From contig OZ246404.1 of assembly GCA_965230955.1 (NCBI GenBank), positions 856,790 through 920,789 of the forward strand: 64,000 nt of DNA, written 5' to 3'. Positions within the stretch are counted from its first letter, which is position 1. Every line of letters starts with the position of its first letter. Below, in pieces: positions 57,618 through 64,000 of this stretch. The translations under genes and the position numbers were made by a program. The DNA comes from an uncultured Candidatus Saccharibacteria bacterium. GTDB taxonomy: Bacteria > Patescibacteriota > CALEFQ01. The notes under the pieces were generated by a model, which was not told where the DNA came from, did not search any database, and saw only the letters and a program-made list of their open reading frames with translations.

Positions 57618-58630
57618 TATTTTTTTATCGCGTTAGCCGTTTTACCGCTCCCGGACAATTTAGTTTTGGCAATTACCGGAACATTTGGAGTGACCATGAG
57701 CGCGTTTTGCTTTTCCGATGATTTGCTTTTTTGCAGAATCGGAGCAATAAAAGAATTTTGCTTCAATTTTGATTTGGCGTTGAGATAATCAATCATCATC
57801 CCGGCAATATCGACGCCGGTTACCATCTGACTAGCCGCGAAAGGACAGGGGAAATTAACTTCCGCTAAATGGAAACGGCCGTCCTGAGACACCAAAATGT
57901 CCACCCCGCCGAATTCCAGCGACAGGACATTGACCGCCTCGATGGCGACTTTTTCGATTTCCGGAGAAAACTTTTTGGCGGCGACAATACGTTTGGCTCC
58001 GACATTGGAGCGAAAATCGCCGCGGGCTTTTTTATAGCTGATACTGTCCACCACGCGATTGCCCAAAATCGTGATCCGAGCCTGCTCGGCGTGCTCGATA
58101 AATTGCCGCATGATATAGGCCGTATCCTGATGGCGCTGGCATAAATGGTCGCAGACGGAAACCAGCGATTCAAAAGAATCGACTTTCATCACGCCCGTCC
58201 CGCCATAGCCGCCCAGCGCCTTGATGATGATCGGAAAACCGCCCAAATGATTGACGTAATTGCGCAACAGTCGGCGATCGGTAGTAATGTCGAAAATAGT
58301 TTTGATAATCGGCAATTTCTTTTTTTGGTGCAAAATCGTCGCCTCCAAAGACTTTTCCGCGTCATTGAACTCCTGCATGGAAATCAATTGCGAGTGGAAA
58401 GTGACGCACTTGGAATCCAATAAAATCTTGGCTAGCTTTATGGCCCGAGGGGTATCGGAAGAACGGTACATACCGTCGGTATTTTTGATCCGGTAAAGTT
58501 TGCTGAAATCGTAATCATCCGCCTCGACAATTACCATTTCTATTTTCCGCTTTTGGCAAGCTTTGGCCAAAAATTTTTCAGTGGTGGGATCCGTCCCCTT
58601 TCGGGCAACGATCAAATGAAATTTATCCAT
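57617..58630 (-). CDS. RimK-like ATP-grasp ligase
   Basis: GGFPIIIK...GYGGTGV, QFI, DFRSN, GGVDIL, EVN. Confidence 0.85.
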   Translation of the reverse strand: MDKFHLIVARKGTDPTTEKFLAKACQKRKIEMVIVEADDYDFSKLYRIKNTDGMYRSSDTPRAIKLAKILLDSKCVTFHSQLISMQEFNDAEKSLEATILHQKKKLPIIKTIFDITTDRRLLRNYVNHLGGFPIIIKALGGYGGTGVMKVDSFESLVSVCDHLCQRHQDTAYIMRQFIEHAEQARITILGNRVVDSISYKKARGDFRSNVGAKRIVAAKKFSPEIEKVAIEAVNVLSLEFGGVDILVSQDGRFHLAEVNFPCPFAASQMVTGVDIAGMMIDYLNAKSKLKQNSFIAPILQKSKSSEKQNALMVTPNVPVIAKTKLSGSGKTANAIKK

Positions 58631-58768
58631 GGATGTATAACCGGCTGGTGTTATCGACACGCCAGATTAATTGATCAATGATGCGAATTTTAACACGCAT
58701 AAAATAAAACACAAGGATATTCCGGACGATTGTTCTTGCTCGGGACTAATTAATTCCGGATTCATGAA

Positions 58769-59500
58769 TTAATTATGAAAGATAATGCTATCCATAACTG
58801 TGTAATAAAAATCCTGTATCGTGGGCTCGGGAATCGCCATCAGCACTTCATTGGGCATGTCGCCGTTAGGATGAAAGAAAGCATAAGTCAGGCCGGCATG
58901 TTCTTTGAAAGTCTGACCCATGAACATCGGCTCGCTCTGCGCCATCGCCAATTGTGACGCGGTGTAAGCCGTAATCGTGAAAAGAGGCACCCGGCCCAGG
59001 CCGCACATTCCGCCATCATAACTGGCATCAGACAATCTATAACAATAATTATACGAAGCGGTCGCTCCGGGAGACGGCAAATAATCAACAAAGGTTTTAT
59101 CCGCCATGGCCGTTCCGACATATACCGAGAAAATCCCGTCCGGTGCCATGGCCCGCCCCGTCATGTCATATCCCGGCATAATCGGAGTCGGAGTAATGAC
59201 CGGGGTCGCAGTCACCGCCGGCGTGGATGCCGACGAGGCGGTCAGCGTCGGGGTCGCAGTAACAGTCACCGTAACCGCCGGTGTAGCAGTCGCGGTGAAA
59301 TTAACCACCGGCCGAGCAACAGACATCTGCGAAACCACCAGATAAACAATTATGCCTCCCGCCACGGCCAAACAAATAGCCAGTACAATAATCCAAGTAC
59401 GATTATTTTTTGGCGGCGGAACCGGAAAATTTGCCGGCGGAGTATTGATCGGCGGAACAGGCACGACCGGAATGTAATTTGACCGTTGGGGAGAATTCAT
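58769..59500 (-). CDS. membrane-anchored Pro/Thr-rich hypothetical protein
   Basis: Single TM and TPT linker. Confidence 0.7.
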   Translation of the reverse strand: MNSPQRSNYIPVVPVPPINTPPANFPVPPPKNNRTWIIVLAICLAVAGGIIVYLVVSQMSVARPVVNFTATATPAVTVTVTATPTLTASSASTPAVTATPVITPTPIMPGYDMTGRAMAPDGIFSVYVGTAMADKTFVDYLPSPGATASYNYCYRLSDASYDGGMCGLGRVPLFTITAYTASQLAMAQSEPMFMGQTFKEHAGLTYAFFHPNGDMPNEVLMAIPEPTIQDFYYTVMDSIIFHN

Positions 59501-59510
59501 ATATTTATTT

Positions 59511-60098
59511 TTAATAACCTAAAAAGCTGATCTTCGCCCGCATCATCTTCTGATAAAAAGTTCTTTCCGCTTTATTAGGATCGGCTTCAAAGACAACGTC
59601 ATCCAGACCTTCCCAGAAAAAGAACCAGCCGGCCGGCTCCAAGACTACCACCAAAAAGCTCAGAATGAAAAATTGCTCGGTAAACAAAAAAAGTAGCCAG
59701 GTAGCCACAAGCATCAAAACTAACCCAACCACCACAAAAGATAAACCCCGCCGCACTTTTTTCTTTCGTTCATTTATCAAGCTGACGGCTCGCTGATGAA
59801 AATATTCGTGCAGGCGTTTTTTGATCACGTTTTCCGCCGTCTGATTACGGACACCATGCGGAATCATAAAATTCAGTTCAAACTCCCCTTCCCCCCGATC
59901 GACCACCGCTTTGCGCGCTTCGCGCAAAAAATCATCGGAAATCGAACGCTCGTGCATGCCGCGCGGATCAAAATCGGAAAAAATATGGGTGTAGCCCTTA
60001 AGGAGCATACTGACTTCGGAAACTTCCAACAACTTCTGCTTGGGCGCTTTTTCCAGATTTTCCAGCGATTTTGACAAATTGTCTTTGGGGTTGAACAT
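59511..60098 (-). CDS. hypothetical two-TM protein
   Basis: IFSDFDPR..R.ISDDFL and GWFFFWEG motifs. Confidence 0.75.
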   Translation of the reverse strand: MFNPKDNLSKSLENLEKAPKQKLLEVSEVSMLLKGYTHIFSDFDPRGMHERSISDDFLREARKAVVDRGEGEFELNFMIPHGVRNQTAENVIKKRLHEYFHQRAVSLINERKKKVRRGLSFVVVGLVLMLVATWLLFLFTEQFFILSFLVVVLEPAGWFFFWEGLDDVVFEADPNKAERTFYQKMMRAKISFLGY

Positions 60099-60204
60099 GA
60101 GGTAAATTACAAATTAAATTGATCTGATTCCTCATCCTGGGCAGTATCGCACTTGGGCCCGACCTCTATCATATATTTTACACGAAAAAACCGGTTTGAT
60201 GAAA

Positions 60205-61068
60205 CTATTCGGTAATTATCGCTAGGATAACCACCGCCACTACCGCGACCGCCAAACCGAACCATTGGTGCCTTTGCAATTTTTCCTTGTTGATTATCAG
60301 GCCTAAAATGGCGGCAAAAGCGATGTAACTTTCGCTGATCCCGATGACCAAAGCAATCGGCGCGAACAAAACACCGGCGCCATAAGCGATCCAAGCCAAA
60401 TTATCAAAGATACTGACGGCCAAAATCAGCTTCTTTGATTGCCGCCAACCTTTCGAAATATCCCCCAGCCGCTTGGTAAAAAACAAATAAAACAACGCCA
60501 CCACGGCGATGAAGACGCTCAAGAACCAATTCATGACCAGCGGATCGGTCGCCCGCGCCCCGACGCCAAATAAAAAGTTCACCACTCCCATGGCGGCAGT
60601 CGCGATCACCGCCAACCATACGCCCTTTTCCAAATGAAGTTTCTTAAAAATTTTCAGCCCTTTGACTGAAACTAAAAATATTCCGACCAACAGCGTCACA
60701 ATCAAAATCGTCGGCCAGAATCCCAATCCTTCTTGCAGTAAAAAACTGGCCAGGAGCACCGTAATCGGCACTTCCAAGGCGTACACCGGCTCGATCACCG
60801 ACAGTTTTCCGACTTTGAGCGCTTGAAATTCAAACAAAGCGGCAAACAACATCACCCCGCTGGTGACCAAGAGAATGATTAACTCGGACGGATGACGCAC
60901 CAAATCACCGAGAATCCCCCAGACAAAAGGCAGCAAGAAAAAGGAGCCAAACGCGGTGATATAAAAAAGCGCCACCCAATTGCCAAATTTACGGGCGCTC
61001 CTTTGGATCAAAAAATCTCCAATACCCCAACAAAACAGCGCCAAGACAGCAAACAAAATTCCCCACAT
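60205..61068 (-). CDS. DMT/EamA family transporter
   Basis: About ten TM segments in two repeats. Confidence 0.85.
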   Translation of the reverse strand: MWGILFAVLALFCWGIGDFLIQRSARKFGNWVALFYITAFGSFFLLPFVWGILGDLVRHPSELIILLVTSGVMLFAALFEFQALKVGKLSVIEPVYALEVPITVLLASFLLQEGLGFWPTILIVTLLVGIFLVSVKGLKIFKKLHLEKGVWLAVIATAAMGVVNFLFGVGARATDPLVMNWFLSVFIAVVALFYLFFTKRLGDISKGWRQSKKLILAVSIFDNLAWIAYGAGVLFAPIALVIGISESYIAFAAILGLIINKEKLQRHQWFGLAVAVVAVVILAIITE

Positions 61069-61088
61069 ACTATTTGGATATCATTTTT

Positions 61089-61748
61089 TTAATCTGCGGT
61101 CGGTCCAGTTTCCCGGAATTCCTTATCATACTTCGCATCCATTATCCACATCACGAAAGGCGCCGATAAACAGATCAAATTGCTATAGACCGGCCAAACA
61201 AATGACATCCCGATGGCAACCAGGGCCAGTATGGGAATAACTAACAAACGCCAGCGCAATTCCTTCCTTGCCAGAGGATTGAATTCACCGGCGAGAAAAT
61301 GTTTTTTTTCGGCATATGACCAAATCGCGAAATAAATTAATCCTACACAAAGAATATTAATGTCGAACAATATACCGGCCAATTGGAAATTCAGATACTC
61401 TCCCATCAGATCCGTGGTAAAAGGAATGAAAATGACAAAAATTAGCGAAAGGAAATTGAGCCACAAAAACCTGTTATCAACTTTTATCAATAAATTGTAT
61501 TCTTTGTGATTAGTAATCCAAAAAACTGCCAAAAGCAAAAAGCTAAGACCATAAACCAAAATCTGTGGCAACAAATCAATCAAGCGCGTGGAAAATTCGG
61601 AATTGGTAGCCAATTGGCCGTACTTTGGAATATCGATTGTAACCACCAGCAACGTCAAAGAAAAGGCATAAATAGCATCGACCATGTCTTTAGTTCGATG
61701 TGAACTCATGAATGATCTTTGGTCAGACGGTTTCTTTTCGGCGTCCAT
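61089..61748 (-). CDS. TMEM175/DUF1211 family putative K+ channel
   Basis: R...VDAIYAFSLTLLV, YGLSF..FWITNH, IPFTT. Confidence 0.85.
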   Translation of the reverse strand: MDAEKKPSDQRSFMSSHRTKDMVDAIYAFSLTLLVVTIDIPKYGQLATNSEFSTRLIDLLPQILVYGLSFLLLAVFWITNHKEYNLLIKVDNRFLWLNFLSLIFVIFIPFTTDLMGEYLNFQLAGILFDINILCVGLIYFAIWSYAEKKHFLAGEFNPLARKELRWRLLVIPILALVAIGMSFVWPVYSNLICLSAPFVMWIMDAKYDKEFRETGPTAD

Positions 61749-61782
61749 GGAGATTGTTAGATTATTTTAGATAAAAAATCTG

Positions 61783-62325
61783 CTACCAAGAGATGTTGTA
61801 CGTGCAAGAATCCGCTCCCTGTTTACGACATGGCTTGGTATCATCATGCTGGACCTGAACCAAAAAAGCATCGGCCGGTTTGAAACGCTGAGCCATGGCT
61901 TCAATGATACCACGATCAAAATCGCAGGGATAAGGATTACCGCATACCAGACGGGCTGATTTTTCTCCGGTCTTCGTAAAAAGATAATGCCCGATTTCTC
62001 CCTGGCGATGATTCAAGTGATAAGCGACATCAATTGATTTTAGCGCGTCCTCAATTGTTTTTATGGATGGTGGGAATTGGGCACTCTCGGGAATTTTCAG
62101 TCCAATGGCATGGATAGTGGATTCCCCGATCTTTTCATAGATTTCCTTAAAAGAATCCAAGAAAGCCTGCTGATTATACCAACCATCCGGCTTGATATCC
62201 GTCAGTCCGTGACGAGCCAATATCTGAACGGCCGATTTCTGGAAACTGGCCATTCCTTTAAGAATAGAAAGGATTGATTGCCCATTAACTTCGACTCGAG
62301 GATCGATGGCTTTGAATTGAGACAT
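61783..62325 (-). CDS. V4R/H-NOX-like ligand-binding protein
   Basis: PYPCDFDRGII, CRKQGADSCTY.ISW. Confidence 0.6.
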   Translation of the reverse strand: MSQFKAIDPRVEVNGQSILSILKGMASFQKSAVQILARHGLTDIKPDGWYNQQAFLDSFKEIYEKIGESTIHAIGLKIPESAQFPPSIKTIEDALKSIDVAYHLNHRQGEIGHYLFTKTGEKSARLVCGNPYPCDFDRGIIEAMAQRFKPADAFLVQVQHDDTKPCRKQGADSCTYNISW

Positions 62326-62343
62326 GAAATTTTATTTTTAATT

Positions 62344-62823
62344 TTATTTATCGAGCTGGCCGATAATCACGACATAATTCTGGCCGTATTTTTTCGCGCA
62401 TTTGGGACAAGTGGTATACCACATGAACATCTTTTTGATCTCAAAACCTTTTTGCTTGGCATAACCGGCAAAATCTTGGCACCATTTACCGGTATCACTA
62501 AAATCACCTTCATAGACTCTACTGCAAAATTTCCCAGACAGAGTGGTATTTTCAGCTCCGATAATTTCTTTATCGACCGCCAGATATAAATCCATTCGCC
62601 AGGACGAAACGTGATCGGACAAACAGAGAGCATCGACAAACTTTCCCCCGCCTTGTTCAACTTTTTTGGTAAGTTCAACCATCATCGCGCCGAAATTCAT
62701 CGGGATGTTAAACGCCGTACGCACTTTGCCTTTGATAAATTTTTTGTCTTTCCATTCAAAAACTTTATCTTGCCAGGGAGCGGGATTAAACCGCGGGCAG
62801 CATTCTTTTTTTTCGCTGGGCAT
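62344..62823 (-). CDS. conserved hypothetical protein, possibly GyrI-like fold
   Basis: CCPRFNP, YEGDF, YTTCPKCAKKYG. Confidence 0.65.
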   Translation of the reverse strand: MPSEKKECCPRFNPAPWQDKVFEWKDKKFIKGKVRTAFNIPMNFGAMMVELTKKVEQGGGKFVDALCLSDHVSSWRMDLYLAVDKEIIGAENTTLSGKFCSRVYEGDFSDTGKWCQDFAGYAKQKGFEIKKMFMWYTTCPKCAKKYGQNYVVIIGQLDK

Positions 62824-62923
62824 AAATTTAGTCTTTAGTTTTTGGTCTTTGGGTAGAGACGAAAGACCAAAGACGGCTGTTATAATATTTTATCTATAAA
62901 ACCGGCGGCTAATCTCAGCAAGA

Positions 62924-64000
62924 TCAGTTGCGTCGACCGCGGCCTTGATAGCGCGCCGATCGGCGACCATAATGGTAATCCGAAGTACTGGGAGCCGGCC
63001 GCTGTCCGCGAAAATATTTTTGGGCAGGCTTATTCCCCGACATGAATTTCGGCTGGCGCTTGCCCGGCAATTCCGGCACGGGAGAAATCGGCAAAGTTTT
63101 TCTGATCAAGCGTTCGATATCATGCAATTCTCGGCGTTGTTCCGGCGTCACCAATGAGATAGCATGGCCGGCCACTCCGGCTCTGGCCGTCCGCCCGATC
63201 CGATGCACATAATCTCCGGCATCGTCCGGCAAATCGTAATTTATAACCAATTCAATCCCGGTGACATCGATCCCGCGGGAAGCGATATCGGTGGCGATGA
63301 GCACGCGGTATTCGCCTGATTTAAATCCGGTCAACGCCGCTTTGCGCTGAGACAAAGAACGATTGGAATGAATTTCGACGGCGCTGTGATGCATCGCTTT
63401 GACGGATCTGGTCAAAGCCTTGGCGCCATATTTGGTTCGAGTGAAAATCAGGGTCGGACCCAGATATTGCTGCAATAATTTATCTACCAATCTGGTTTTG
63501 TCCGGTTTGGGAATGATAAATATTTCCTGACTGAGATTCGCCGCGACGGTACCGGTGGGCGCGACCTCAATCCGGATCGGCACTCTCAAAAAACTGGTCG
63601 CCATTTTCATGATCTCCGACGCCAGCGTGGCGGAAAAAAGCATAGTTTGGCGCTCCGCGGGTAATTCCCGGAAAATCTTTTTTATTTGCGGAGCAAAACC
63701 CATATCCAGCATCCGATCGGCTTCATCTAAAATAACTATTTTCGTGTTCCTTAGGTTGGCCGTTTTTTGCTGAAGGTGATCATTGAGCCGGCCAGGCGTG
63801 GCGATGATGACATGAGGCTTGCGATTAAGCGCCTGGATCTGGGGACGAATGGCTGTGCCGCCAATCAAGACCGCGGTGCGCAGACCAAAAGCCGAACCGA
63901 TTTGGTTTAAGGCCTCATCGATCTGCAGAGCCAGTTCGCGCGTCGGTAATACTACCAGACCATTGCCTTTGACCTGGCTGAGACGCTGAAGCAAAGGAAT
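62924..64000 (-). CDS. DEAD-box RNA helicase (RhlE-like), 5' end outside window
   Basis: PTRELA, TPGRL, DEAD, SAT, SRGID, HRIGRTAR. Confidence 0.95.
   Translation of the reverse strand: MPLLQRLSQVKGNGLVVLPTRELALQIDEALNQIGSAFGLRTAVLIGGTAIRPQIQALNRKPHVIIATPGRLNDHLQQKTANLRNTKIVILDEADRMLDMGFAPQIKKIFRELPAERQTMLFSATLASEIMKMATSFLRVPIRIEVAPTGTVAANLSQEIFIIPKPDKTRLVDKLLQQYLGPTLIFTRTKYGAKALTRSVKAMHHSAVEIHSNRSLSQRKAALTGFKSGEYRVLIATDIASRGIDVTGIELVINYDLPDDAGDYVHRIGRTARAGVAGHAISLVTPEQRRELHDIERLIRKTLPISPVPELPGKRQPKFMSGNKPAQKYFRGQRPAPSTSDYHYGRRSARYQGRGRRN

Noticed and set aside
1-64000. Alternative genetic code (TGA as Gly)
   Set aside because: cheB, cheC and other clear genes end at TGA at their expected lengths under code 11.

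Overview
This window looks like a Patescibacteria (CPR)-type chromosome. That is an inference from gene content, many TGnTATAAT promoters and short intergenic spaces. Almost all genes are on the minus strand. From left to right it holds: (1) a Che cluster (HAMP sensor, small ORF, MCP, cheW, cheC, cheY, cheB, cheA, cheC, cheD) with no cheR and no flagellar genes in the window; (2) cell-envelope and efflux genes and two paralogous secreted beta-propeller/FG-GAP proteins; (3) an AT-richer island of about 18 kb (32.1-50.4 kb) downstream of tRNA-Asn(GTT); (4) a four-helix-bundle gene between inverted short repeats, then rpoD and dnaG; (5) a tRNA-Pro/Pro/Ser cluster wrapped in REP-like hairpins with a GIY-YIG gene; (6) hypothetical and membrane genes and a partial DEAD-box helicase. 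The best candidate for an undescribed system is the island. It resolves into five tandem 2.5-4.7 kb units with no recognisable integrase. The junctions share a modular design: inward promoter, tRNA T-loop mimic, terminator hairpin, TGGCTCC tRNA 3' core, a ~50-aa reading frame conserved at protein level, and an outward TG-TAnnnT promoter. The cargo resembles integron cassettes (detoxification and defence genes). All product calls come from motif recognition by eye, with no database searches.
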